Shown here: positions 26,860 through 39,600 of the stretch, one piece after another | How the letters are laid out: each line of letters begins with the position of its first letter | How positions within the stretch are numbered: position 1 is the first letter of the stretch | Assembly (NCBI RefSeq): GCF_018977255.1 | Contig: NW_024704766.1 | Location: forward strand, 5,580,001-5,644,000 | Direction: 5' to 3' | Length of the DNA stretch: 64,000 nt | Source of the DNA: Callorhinchus milii | Taxonomy: Eukaryota | Made by a program: the position numbers and the translations under genes | Notes under the pieces: model-generated | Databases searched by the model: none | Told to the model about the DNA's origin: nothing | Seen by the model: the letters and a program-made list of their open reading frames with translations, nothing else

Positions 26860-27330
26860 GTCTTCAACGGTGGGCGGGAGGGGTGGGGGGGGGGGAGGGG
26901 AAAAGTCACAAGATGGCGGCGGTACCACTGCCGCGGGGCGAGCGAGGAGGACACGTGGGAAGGTGTGCGCCTGCGCATGGCGGGGGGGGGTGGGCGTCAC
27001 CCAGCCTCGCGCCGCGGCCGTTGGGTTTGAATGGAGGTGCGCGGGAACCACGTGGTGCGGGCGGGCGTTGATCAGGAGGCGGCGCGTCGCATTGGGCTAC
27101 TTTTGGGGTGTGGGGCGGACTTTGGGCTGCAAGCTTTCAAGGCGCGTCGTCGTCGGACTACTTTTTGAGCTACAAGCGCGTGAGGCGCGTCATCGTCGGG
27201 CTACTTTTTGAGCTACAAGCGCGTGAGGCGCGTCATCGTCGGGCTACTTTTTGGGCGGGGCTTTGGGCTACAAAGTTTTTAATTGGGACGTTCTGATTGC
27301 TGACGACCCCTGGGACGGGCGGGAGGGAGA
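26860..27330 (+). promoter_or_regulatory. tex12 CpG-island promoter
   Basis: YY1 AAGATGGCGGC at 26910; E-boxes CACGTG at 26952 and 27049; NRF1 TGCGCCTGCGCA at 26966; E2F-type GCGGGAA at 27041; TTTGAA at 27026. A downstream donor CAG|gtaaga at about 27416 fits a non-coding exon 1. Confidence 0.75.
27141..27255. repeat. 43-bp CpG-rich tandem repeat (about 2.6 copies, plus a degenerate upstream copy)
   Basis: ggcgcgtcatcgtcgggctactttttgagctacaagcgcgtga units start at 27141, 27184 and 27227. Confidence 0.9.
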
Positions 27331-27664
27331 CAACCAACCTCTCCCCCCCTCCCACACACACAGACACACACCCCTCACCCCCTCACACACACAACCACTG
27401 CCAGAGGACCGACAGGTAAGAGAGAGAGAGAGAGACGGGGGGGGGGTGAGGGTGAGGTAGAGAGAAAAAAAATTTTTTTGAAGAGAAAAAGCCATCAATT
27501 CCCAGAGGAAATGTCCCTCATCGTCAGCCATTTTATTATGATTGATGGCATTGTGTGTGTGGAGGAGAAAGCGGAGGCGAAGGCGCCTTCAGCCCTGGGA
27601 CTCGGCGGGTAATGGCTCTCCCGCTCCGTCACGGCCGAAGCTCTTCCTCGCGAAAGAAATTCCG

Positions 27665-28095
27665 TTGTTGTTGTTGTTATTATTATTGTTTTTTATAATT
27701 ACTGTTATTAATGATGTTATTGTTATTTTACTGTTATTATTGTTTTATTGTTATTATTTTATTGTTATTATTGTTATTTTATTATTGTTGTTGTTGGTTA
27801 TTATTTTATTATTGTTTTTATTGTTATTTCTGTTATTATTGGTGTTATTATTGTTATTGTTTTATTGTTAATGTTATTGTTATTATTTTATTGTTTTTAT
27901 TGTTATTATTACTGTTATTATTGGTGTTATTGTTATTATTTTATTATTGTTATTATTATTGTTATTATTGTTGTTGTTATTGTTATTATTTTTATTGTTG
28001 ATATTGTTGTTATTATTATTGTTGTTGTTATTGTTATTATTTTATTGTTTTTATTGTTGATATTATTGTTGTTGTTATTATTGTTGTAGTTATGG
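27665..28095. repeat. (TTA/TTG)n low-complexity tract beside a SINE tail in tex12 intron 1
   Basis: About 430 bp of degenerate triplet repeat; source of the spurious Leu/Ile/Tyr ORFs. Confidence 0.95.
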
Positions 28096-28683
28096 TAATA
28101 ATTCCGGCATTTGACCCGGCGCCTTATCATCACGTTTTCGAGACGACTCAAAGCGCTTCACGGAATATACTGTCAAGTGTAGTGACTGTGTGTTTTGTGG
28201 GCGAAATGCGGCAGCCAATTGCGCACAGCGGCGGCGTCTCTCTACCCCCCCACACACCCCACACACCCCCACCCACCACAAACAGCCGTGGATTGATTGA
28301 GTGACCAAATTTTTTTTGAAGGGATGATTATTCCCGTGAAAAGCGATCCACTAGTCGACTAACAACCGGGTCCCTAGACAGAGGCGTGTGTGTGGAGTAA
28401 GGAAACGTTTCTCCCCGACCCGCCCGGGAATCGAACCCGGGTCCTCTCGCTTGCGAGGCGAGGGCTCCGACCCTTGAGCTAAACCCTTTTTTGAGCTCAA
28501 AAAACAAATCCCAACTCAACACGCCGTTGTTCTTGGGGTGAGACACTTTTCTGTTATTCCTCGTTATTGGCACTTTTTGTATTGCGCTTTTTTTTTGTTT
28601 TTTTTGTGTTTAAAAAAAAACTTAACCCTCGAAAAATGTGCATATGCATAGAGTCGGATCGCGTCTACTGCTCCTATCAAAAA

Positions 28684-30799
28684 ATGTCTGAGAACAAAGG
28701 GACAAAGCGAAGAAAGGAAATTGAGGTACATACAGTGTTGTGCAAAAAAATTGAACATTTTATTTAACTTCCCAAATACATATACGATCAGCCAGAATAG
28801 GGTTGATATGGCTGAGACTAACATTTACCTTTATCATATAATATTAATACTTGCATTTGATATAGCGCCTAAACACCTCGTTGAGACGTCTCAAAGCGCT
28901 TCACAGAGTATACTATAAAGTGAATTGACTCTATATTTGTGGGCGAAACGCAGCAGCCAATTGCGCACAGCGTCCCATAAACAGTCGTGGATTGAGTGAA
29001 CAAATTATTTTTTTTATTTGAAGGTTTATTATCTCCGAAAAGCGATCCATCAATCGACTAACAACTAATTAGTATTATTAATATTAGTATTCGGTCTTTG
29101 CAGGAATCTATATTTCCTAGGACTTGTGAACCAATGCTTGATATATTCCAAGGTTAGGATTTCCACTCTCCTATCCAAATTTTTTGCCAAGTCACAGTTT
29201 AGAATCTGTACGGACTGTAAAAATTGATTGCTTAAAGATCGTTGCAGCTCCTGGATGCTTCAAGCTTTGCACTTCAAACATAATTAAATAATTGATGTGT
29301 AGGAGCTCCCACTCGAGTTACTTGGTGTGCAATAGGGATCTTTTATATATGTACTATTTCCCAAGTCAAATTTAATCTTATTATGTTTAGCTCCTTATCA
29401 CGTCTCAAAGTGCTTCACAAAGTATCGTGTAGTGACTAAATATTTGAAATGACCGCACAGCCAATTTGCACACAGAAATAAATGGGAACACTCAGAATCA
29501 CTGATTTCACTTTCTGCTGTTCATTGCCATATTTCTTTACTATCCACAGAACGAAGGTCCCGAGTTAACTGTACAAGCCAAAAAACATGCAGCATCTGCT
29601 TCAGATGTAACAGAGTTATTTTCCAATCAAAGATCAGTGGAAACAATTTTTCAAGGTGACAATAAAACATACCGCAGCAGCAAAATGTTCAAAATAGATT
29701 GAGTAAATCAAAATTATGCGACTCTTGAATTTCACCTATCTTTGTCAAAGTTTTGCAATACTGTATTTTCAAAGCCTGCTCACATTTTTTCTCAGCACAT
29801 CAATGAACAGAATCACACATGGACAGAATACATAACATTATTCAAATATCAATAGCCAAAGAACATATTCAAATATAATGACTATGTAAATCCACATTGC
29901 AGTAGCCGCTTGTATTTGTTGGGGCGCCTGGTGATTAAACAAGAAATGGGACCTGCAAGACCTGATCTCCAGAACATAATTTTTTTAAAAAAAAGATTTT
30001 TATTGGGTAAAGTCATGCATTACCAATTCAGCAGAATAAAATAACTTTATAAATTTAATTTACTAAATAATAATCCTTGCATTTGATCTAGTGCCATAGC
30101 ACGTCTTCGAGATATACTGTAAAGTGAATTGACTGTATATTTTGTGGGTGAAATGTGGGCAGCCAATTGCACACAGCACTGTCCCACAAACAGTCATGCA
30201 TTGAGTGACCAAATTATTATTATTTTGAAGGAATTATTACCCCCGGAAAAGCGATCCGCCAATCGAACAAGCGGGTTCCTACTTACTGTTAAGTAAACAG
30301 GCTTGTGTGCAGTAAAGAAACTTGCCCAAAGTGATCATACATTTCAAAATAAAGGCCCTAAATATATATATCTAACATCCCAAAAGCAGAAAAGAAAAAA
30401 AAGGTTTAAAAAGTTGCGTGAACAGCACAACATACATTTGACGATCAAGCAGATATTGAGAACCCGATGACTGTTCATGCAGCCCCATTCCCCATGTTTT
30501 TAACAGATATAAATGAAGCAGTTAATGTTATCCTGACAGCTTATACAGAAACTTTAAGGTAAAGTAAGATCTTTCAATCATTTTAAACGTATTTAAACTC
30601 CGTAGCAATACCTTATTCTAATAAAACTCCTTTTCTTGCAACTTACAAAAGTGAGAGGACAGCAGTGAATGCCAATCATGCACATCAGCTGGATAAACTC
30701 CTGGAAGACGTCAGGGCTATGGAAATATATTTGAAACAGAAGAAAGAAGATCTACGACATAAGCTTACAATGATTGCAAGTGCCCTTCATACAGAATGA
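28684..30799 (+). CDS. tex12: Synaptonemal complex central element protein TEX12, 115 aa; exons 28684-28725, 29550-29655, 30507-30558, 30652-30799
   Basis: MSENKGTKRRKEIE-NEGPEL...ETIFQD-INEAVNVILTAYTETLS-ERTAVNANHAHQLDKLLEDVRAMEIYLKQKKEDLRHKLTMIASALHTE* resembles the TEX12 core. Phases are consistent (348 nt), and it sits next to bco2 as in tetrapods. Confidence 0.9.
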
Positions 30800-32724
30800 T
30801 TTTTTTTTGCCTGTGCCTTATATCTTTCAACAGCATTTATTAAACATTCTGTATTTATGAATGTGTTACAAATAATCGTTTACAATTTTCAAAACATTAT
30901 TTAGGTTTCGCTTGTTATTCTTTTATGTGCCACTGAAGACAGTAATTTTGTTGTTGTTGGGTTACAAGATCAGGACATTGTGCTTTCCTGAGTCTGCTAA
31001 TTGGAGAATTAGTGGGGTGTGGGGTGGATGGGGGCCCTGGTATGGACCAAGTGATCACAATGGACAAGCTGTTTATTCCATAAAGGGAGAAACCTGATAA
31101 TTCAGAAGTAACAATGGTTAGTTTTCAATGGTTTTCCTCTTGTGCAAATGACTGGTATCCATTAACTATTATCCCACTAATATTTCATCTGTGTTTATTC
31201 TGCTTATTATCGAGATATGTGTATTTTGTTCAAAATAAAATTGCTGATCAATTTTGTTCTTATTTTTCATTTGCAGTTTTAATGACACGCAATCCAAGAA
31301 CAAGTTAAAAGTTAGTACTTCTCACAACTGCCACAGGTGACCAAACCACTCACAACACTGGAATTGCAGTTCCTTTTCAGTCATACCAGTTTTTCAAGAT
31401 ATTGCAAATAGTTCTGTGTGCAAGGAAAACACAATTGTGAAAAATGCACCAAACATAATCTGGGAGCTTGAGAAAACACTTTCATATGTGTATCATCTCA
31501 AAATACAATTAATTAATTGGAGAAATTTTGATCGTCTTTCAGGCCATAACACCTCTTGCCATCAACAGCAACAACAAAATTACATTTGTATAGCGCCTTT
31601 CACGTCGGGGCAGAGTGGTTGAAGGCTGTCCCGGAACAGTATTCTGTGAAATTTAAAAAAAGACTTCTGAGCCTTCTCATGCTCTTCCTCCACAGGAATT
31701 CTCTTTATCCATAATTAACATCCATCACTGTTCCACTGACCTAAACCTTTTTTTCTTAAGGTGTTTTCCCCCACTTCCTGGCATATTTGCTCACCCAGGT
31801 TTTTCCCATCAAACTGTTTTTCACTGATCCTACTGATAGCTCTGGTTAGAGCACTTGCCATGCAAGCGAGAGACCTGGGTTCTGTTTCCAGCAGGGCGAA
31901 ACATTGGGCAAGTTTCCACACGCCTCTGTTTATCTAGCAGTAAGTAGGAATCTGGTTATCAGTCGTTTGGTGGATTGCTTTTATGGGGATAATAATCCCT
32001 CAAAAAAAAATGGTCACTCAATCCACTATCGTGAAACACTGCTGTGGGCATTTGGCCGCCATGTTTCGCCCACAAATATACAGTCAATTTACTTAAAACG
32101 TGATAAGGCGCTAAATCAAATGCTAGGATTATTCTCCCAATGGTCAACATTTAGTACAATGCGGAGTCCTGTAGCTCAGTGGTTAGAGCAAGTGAGAGAC
32201 CTGAGTTCAATTCCAGGCAGGTCAGGGCGAAACCTTGGGCAAGTTTCCTTACTCCACACACCTAATAATAATCCAAAACCAAAAATAATAATAAATTGGT
32301 CATTTTCAATCTATGACTGTTTGTGGGACATTGCTGTGCGCAATTGGCTGCCGCGTTCGCCCACAAATATAGTCAATTCACTTTACAGTGTGTTCTGTGA
32401 AGCGCTTTGGGACGTCCTCTCGACATGAAAAGTACTATATCAAATGTAAGGATTATTATTATTAATGTTTTTATTATTATTATTTTAACAATTAGCAGTC
32501 ACCAGTTGGAACGTCTCACCAGCAACTATCACTTTAGAGAAAAACCATCTGCTCCGGTGAGAAATTATTTGGGGGAAATTCTATGTGGTGGTGATGAACG
32601 AGTTTGTGAATTTAGCCAATCAGGAAAGGACAGTTTCAGTTTATCCCACGATAAATAATGCAGAAATACAGTATTGCTCTGACTGAATCTGCTTCGGGGG
32701 ACTTTTATTTTGACAGTTTTCACT

Positions 32725-32740
32725 GGTATATAAAGCCTCG
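32725..32740 (+). promoter_or_regulatory. TATA box of bco2
   Basis: TATATAAAG about 170 bp upstream of the ATG at 32898. Confidence 0.55.
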
Positions 32741-32897
32741 TACAGCCTTGCAGTACAGTATTAAGTGAAGCTAAGTTGCTATCATTGATTCGATGCGACA
32801 AAACCTGAAAATCAGACTATAAGTGACCTAGATACAGAACTGAATGCGTGGTCTGGTGATCTTGGCGAAGATATATTTACAGCTGATTTATATTAAA

Positions 32898-33601
32898 ATG
32901 GCAGATTATATTTCCTCTACATTAAAGGCTGTTCCAGGTAAGCGAATGTTCAATTCTTTACTGAATTTGATTCTAATATTATGAATGACTACTGCAAGTA
33001 ATTCTTGATTCTACGCATGATTAGATTATGCGGGATGTTTTCACAGTTAACCACAACGAACAGCTTTATAGGACAGCAAGTTCTGAAACATTAGACAACC
33101 TGTGTACAGTATACTTAAAGCAGTGCAAGCATAATTAAAACGAGAAACTGCACAGTTTATCTCTGTTTACTTTAAGGATTATTCATCGTCATATTGAGGT
33201 ACGCTTTTGATGTTTTTCCAATTTTTAAAATGACTGAAACTATCATGCAGAATTCCAGGCATAAGCTGATCTGATTTATCTTTCTTTTAAAAAAAAACTG
33301 ACAATAAGCTGAATAACTTAAATCGTTCATGACGGCTGTTTCCATTCTAAAAATGACATTCCTAGTTTTTGCCTATACTGGAACAATATGTTCCACTGGG
33401 CAGCTGATCATACACTTACTTCTGTAAACCTTAAACTCATTTTTTACTTATCTGCTTATATAAATCTTATATAAAGTAGTTAATTGACAGCTCCATTTAT
33501 TGTTTGAACATCATAAATTGTGAAATAAGAGAATACCTTCAGCTCATTTGGAGTCCGAACATTTTAGTGTAGAATCATAATAATCCTTGCATTTGCATTT
33601 G

Positions 33602-33632
<31 letters not shown>

Positions 33633-36600
33633 TCTTGCATTTGATATAGCGCTTTTCACGTCGGGAGGACGTCCCAAAGCGCTTCACAGAACACACTGTA
33701 AAGTGAATTGACTGTATATTTGTGGGCGAACGCGGCAGCCAATTGCGCACAGCAATGTCCCACAAACAGTCGTAGATTGAAAATGACCAATTTATTATTT
33801 ATTATTTATTATTGTTTTTATAGCGCGTTATCACATCTTTGAAACGTCTCAAAACACTTCACAGAATATACTGTGAAGTGAATTGACTATAGTTTGTGGG
33901 CGTAATGAAGCAGTCAATCACGTACAGCAGTGTCCCACAGTCATGGAGTGAGTGATCAAATTATTACTTTTTCCCCTGTGTAGGTGGCGTACATATGTGA
34001 GGCTCTCAACCTGCTATGCACAATATAGGTTTATACTTAATCTTTTCATATATTATGTTTAAAAAATTAGTTAATTTGAAGTGATAATTACCCCCGAAAA
34101 AGTGATCCGACAGTCGACTAACGACCGATTAATAGTGAAAGCATTTGGTGGGAAGTGCTGAGAGAAAGTAGTCCGAATGGTAGCACAGCGCATGTGGTAA
34201 GATCATAGAATGCTACAGCGTAGAAGGAGGCCATTCAGTGCATTATGCCAGTGCCGACTCTTTGAAAGAGCTACCAACTAATCCCACTTCCCGTTCTTAC
34301 CCCATATCCGTCTGCCCCACCATCAGCCTCTATGCCCCCATCCTTTGGAATTCCTTTCCTTAGCATTTCAAGATGTCCTCCCGCAAAGAAAAGTGTCCCT
34401 CATTTTTTAACACGATTTGCAGACTCGTGTTTGTATTCTGAATTCTTTCTCTTGGGGCTAAAACATCTTGGCAAACAAATCAATCAGATTTCAGACAGCT
34501 CATTACAACCGCTTTTGTTGCCTCCTTGTTGCCTTATAACCGAGTCTCATTACTTTAATGAGCTGCTGAAAATACAGAGAAATCATGCGGCTTTAATTTA
34601 GCTGCTGGGTTATGTTCTCATACTTGGAGAAGAGCCAGGTTCTCCGATTCCCTGCTGGGGAAAAGCATTGCCCGGCACATTGCTAGATTATACACCCAGA
34701 GAGGTTGCAGCTTTGAAATACGTTCTGCACTAAATTTAGTTAGCTGCTCTCAACCAGGGAATTCACCGTGTTACACCATCGACTCCATATCAACTTGTCC
34801 ACACCCTCCGCTCAGCAGGCTCTGGCCTGCTCCATGTCCTCCTTCCGGCCCGTCCTCCTTCCAGCCCGTCGGTGGTCAGGCCTTTAGCCTCTCTGCCCCA
34901 TCCTTTGGAACTCCTTCCCACAGTCACCTCCCTCCCTTGCTTCCTTCAAGGCACATCTCAAGACCCTCCTCTTCGACCGTGCCTTCAGTCAAACTCTTGC
35001 CTCAAATCTGGCCTAACGGTCCACCGGCAAATCTGGCTGGATCTCCTCAAAAATACCGCTCCACTCTAGCCTTGGCCAAGTCGTCCTTCTACTCCAGGAT
35101 AATCCTGCAGGCGAAGAACAACCCCAGGCTTCTGTTCTCCACCACATCTCGACTCCTCCGTCCCCCACCGCCACCCCGCACAGGTCATCTCCTCCAACCT
35201 TCACTGCGAGGAGATGCTGGATTTCCTTGAATCCAAGATCAGGGGAATCCGCTCCGCGGTCACTGCCCCTCCAACTTCCACCCACCCCTTCCCTCCCACA
35301 TTCCGACTCCAACCCATCCTCCCCTACACACCTTCGAACCCGTTTCCACACCCTCTGTCACCAAACTCATCCTGTCCCTTGAAACCCACCACCTGCTCCC
35401 TGGACCCATCCCCACTCCCCTCCTTATCTCCCAGCTCCACCTCCTTTCCCCACTTCTCACAGACACTATTAACCTGTCCCTCTCCTCTGGCTCTGTTCCC
35501 ATTCCCCTCAAAACTGCCACCATCACTCCCACATTGAAAAAACCCTCCCTTGATGCGTCGCAGCTATCAAGCTACCGGCCCATCTCCAACCTCCCCTTCC
35601 TGTCCAAGGTTCTCAAAAGAGTCGTCACCTCCCAACTGCGCTCTTTCCTCTCCACCCATTCACTTTTCGAACCCCTCCAGTCGGGTTTCCGTGCTGCCCA
35701 TAGCACGGAAACCACCCTGGTCAAGGTCACCATCTAGGACCAGGGCTCCCTCTGTCTCCTCGTCCTCCTCGACCTATCGGACGCATTCGATACAGTCGAC
35801 CACTCTATCCTCCTCCACCGCTTGTCCTCCCACTTCAACCTTCAAGGCCCTGTCCTTGAGTGTTTAGGTCCTACCTCTCCCACCGTCTTCATTTTGTCTC
35901 TGCAAACGGCTTTTCCTCCACCCCCCGCACTGTCTCGTGCGGTATCCCTCAGGGCTCTGTCCTCGGTCCACTCCTCGTCACCCTCCATATGCTCCCCCTT
36001 GGTGACAGCATCCACAGACATGGGGTTAACTGCCACATGTATGCGGATGACACCCAACTCTACCTTTCCTCCTCTACCCTCAACTCCACGACCCCCAATG
36101 TCCTGACAGCTGTCTGTCCGACATCGAGTCCTGAACGAGAGACAACTTTCTTCAGCTCAATGTCCGCAAAACTGAGGCCCTCCCGATTGGCTCACGTCAG
36201 CGCCTCAGCAGCTCAGGCACTGACAGCATCAGCATCCAAGACTGCACTCTCCACCTCTCAAAGCCATCAGGAACCTCCTCGTTCTGTTCGACCCTGAGCT
36301 GTCCTTTCTTCCCCACATCCGCGCCACAACTGGCACCGCCTTCCATCACCTGCTGAACATCGCCAGACTACGGCACTACCTCACCCCTCACGCGGCTGAA
36401 ACTCTGGTCCATGCCTTTATCACCTCAAGGCTGGACTATGGGAACTCTCCTCGCCGGCCTTCCGCCACCTCCCTCCACACTGCAGGTCATCCAGAACTCT
36501 GCAGCTCATGTACTGTCCCGCACCAGGCTTCGCGACCACATCACTCCCACCCTCACTCGCCTCCACTGGCTCCCCATCCCCCAGAGGATCGAATTCAAGA

Positions 36601-39600
36601 TCCTCATCCTCACCAACAAGGCTTGGGACGTCCTCCCGACGCGAAAGGCGCTCTATGAATGCAATCTTCTTCTTGTTGTTGTTGTTGCTCCTACCCTCCC
36701 TGCCCTACACCCCTCTGGATCCCAACCCCCAGCTCGAGTCTGAACCCTTGAATGTCCAGTGCCCTGGGACATCCTCCCAATGTGAAAGGTGCTGTGTAAA
36801 TGTAATTTGTTGTTGTTGTATTAAAGTTGGCCTAAGAGTTTGGGAGTGGGAAGATCACTGAGACTTCACTGCACTATCCAGACCTCGATGGTCTGCGTGT
36901 GTGGTATACAGTGTATAGTGAAAGCATCAGTGAGAACAGGATTTGTCTCAGGCATGGGATTCCCCCATTGGTCAAGTAAAAAAAAATCCTTAGATTTAGT
37001 ACAACCTCTTTCATATTGGGAAGATTTCTGCAAAGTGTATTGGTTGTTTTGCAGGTAGTTTTATCACCTTGCACTGACCGTGACGAACATGAATAATTGC
37101 TAGAGCAGGTGTCTTTAATCCAAGCCTGGAACTTTTCCAAGCTGGAAGGGAATCGCCCAAAAATTATGCAAGCAGTTTTAAATATAATAAGAATCAAACA
37201 GTTAAAAGCAAAATTTTAACAGCACCAATTGCAAACTTATAATCGAAAAATAAAGCACGTTTCGCCCACAAAACACACAGTCAATTCACTTTACAGTGTG
37301 TTCTGTGAAGCGCTTTGGGATGTCCTCCCGACGTAAAAAGCGCTGTATCAAATGCAAGGATTATTATTATTATTATTTACGATATGAAGCGCTTTGAGAT
37401 GCCTCAATGACATGATAAGGCACTGCATCAAATGCAAGGTTATAATTAGAAGTTATACTTATTGGTGTATGATTACATTCACCAGGGGAGACGGGTGCAA
37501 TTCCATATGTAATTGTAGGTCAGAAGCAAGTGGGGGGTTGGAGGGGGTGTAAATCGAATTCAGTTGAATTCGCAAATAAAGGTTAACATTAAAATAAGCA
37601 AATCCTGGATTTCTCGGTGTTGGTCAAGAAAAATGAAACAAAGAAGTTGAAGTTCCTTTTTTTTTCTCATCATGAGAGTGCATCTGAAATTGAAAGTCGA
37701 CCCGTTTATTTTCAACTCAGTTCAGCCGCACGCCACAAGGCAGTTGTGGGTTCCACTCTTGCAGTGAGTGAGTTTCTTGTGATGTTTGCTCAGCGCTGTC
37801 ATTTGCCAAGTTCCTGAAACTCAGTGCAGAACAGGCAGTTTCAATCACATCAGTTGGTCACCACAATAAGTTTTTCTGGTTTAATGTCACCACATTCTTA
37901 GTGTGCAGTCACCCAGTCTCGGATGCCTGCGGTTCGCCATATGCCAGTCAGTGGAGGAAAGCCATTAACAGAAAAAACAGAGCACTTATTTATTAAAATA
38001 CCATCACCCCTCAACCCCCCTCCGTTTTGTTTAAATGTGTTCTTAATAATAATCCTTGTATTTGACATAGCGCCTCATCACATCAATGAGACGTCTCTTT
38101 TTTTAAAATTAAACAGAAAACGTTTAAATGACAAACGACAAGTGGAGTCCTGTAGCTCAGTGGTTAGAGCACTCGCTTTGCAAGTGAGAGACCTGAGTTC
38201 AATTCCAGGCAGAGGGCGAAACCTTGGGCAAGTTTCCTTACTCCACACAGAGCCTAATAATAATCCTCCAAAACCAAAAGCAATAATAAATTGGTCATTT
38301 TCAATCTACGACTGTTTGTGGGACATTGCTGTGCGCAATTGGCTGCCGCGTTCGCCCACAAATATACAGTCAATTCACTTTACAGTGTGTTCTGTGAAGC
38401 GCTTTGGGACGTCCTCCCGACGTGAAAAGCGCTATATCAAATGCAAGGATTATTATTATTATTAAACACACGGCCACACACTTGACAGTATTTCTTGGAG
38501 CCAAACGATTGTCCAGTGCCCTGGGACGTCTTGCCGACATGAACAACAACAAAATTAAATTTGTATAGCGTCTTTCATGTCGGGAGGATGTCCCAAGGCT
38601 GCTGGACAATCAGTGTTTCGGACCCGAGCTGGTGGTCGGGATGGAGGAGTGTGCAGGGCAGGGGAGGAAGGCACAGTCAAAGCCACAGTCGAAGAGGAGG
38701 GTCTTGAGACGGGTCTTGAAGGAGGCAGGGGAAGGGGCGAGGCCGAAGGACTGCGGGATGGAGTTCCAGAGGGTGGGAGCAGAGTGGCTGAAGCACCGCC
38801 TGCCAATGGTGGGGCGAGCAAAGCATGGAATGTGAAGCAGGCCGGAGCCCGCTGAGCGTTGTTAGTGGGCAGGTTGGTAGGGGGTTAGGAGTAGAGGTAG
38901 GGGGTAGCAAGACCATGAAGGGCATTGAAAGTGAGGGCCAGGATCTTGAACTGTATCCTCTGTGATGCGAAGCCAGTGGAGTCAGGCGAGGATGGGGGTG
39001 GTAGGGTCACAGTGCTTGGTGCGGGAGAGGACACAGGCTGCAGAATTCTGGATGATTTGCAGCCTATGAGGAGGAAGGAGTTGGGGGCTTGACACGGAGG
39101 GAGTTTGCGTAGTTGATCCTGGATGTTATGAATATATCTATGAGGGTCTTGATGACCTACAGTGTGAGACAATGGCAGAGCCGAGCGATGTTGCGGAGGT
39201 GAGGAAAGGCGGAGCGGGTTATGGCACGGATGTGGGGTATGAAGGACAGTTGAGGGTTGAACAGGACCCCGAGGTATCGGCTACGTGAGATATAGGGCCC
39301 ATCCGTTGAGGGAGATGCTGTCAGTGCCCGAGTTATGGAGGCAACTGAAGCCAAGCAGGAGGGTCTCGGTCTTGTGAAGGGTGCCATACAAATGTAATTG
39401 GTGGTTGTTGTTGCTGTTTCTCTCTGTCAAGCCCTTTTGGGGGATTGAATTTACAAGGGGCTACATCAAATGCAAAGATTGTTATTATGGCAGCAGAACG
39501 GATCAAATCACTTGTCACAGGAAGCTTTTAGGAAAACAGGCAAACTTAGGGTTACAACAACAACAACAACAAGATTCCATTTATTGAGCGCCTTTCACGT

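Noticed and set aside
27141-27255. CRISPR-like appearance of the tandem repeats (also 1515-2003 and 39650-39835)
   Set aside because: No unique spacers, no cas genes, and a vertebrate context.
27268-27531. Minus-strand ORF MADDEGHF... as a possible IL18 start
   Set aside because: No IL-1-family similarity or downstream exons; it runs into simple repeats in tex12 intron 1.
27542-28151. Hydrophobic Leu/Ile/Tyr/Cys-rich ORFs resembling membrane proteins
   Set aside because: They are translations of the (TTA/TTG)n tract.
37923-38465. Recurring ORFs with [21 protein letters not shown] or [12 protein letters not shown]
   Set aside because: They are translations of the non-coding SINE body, not a gene family.
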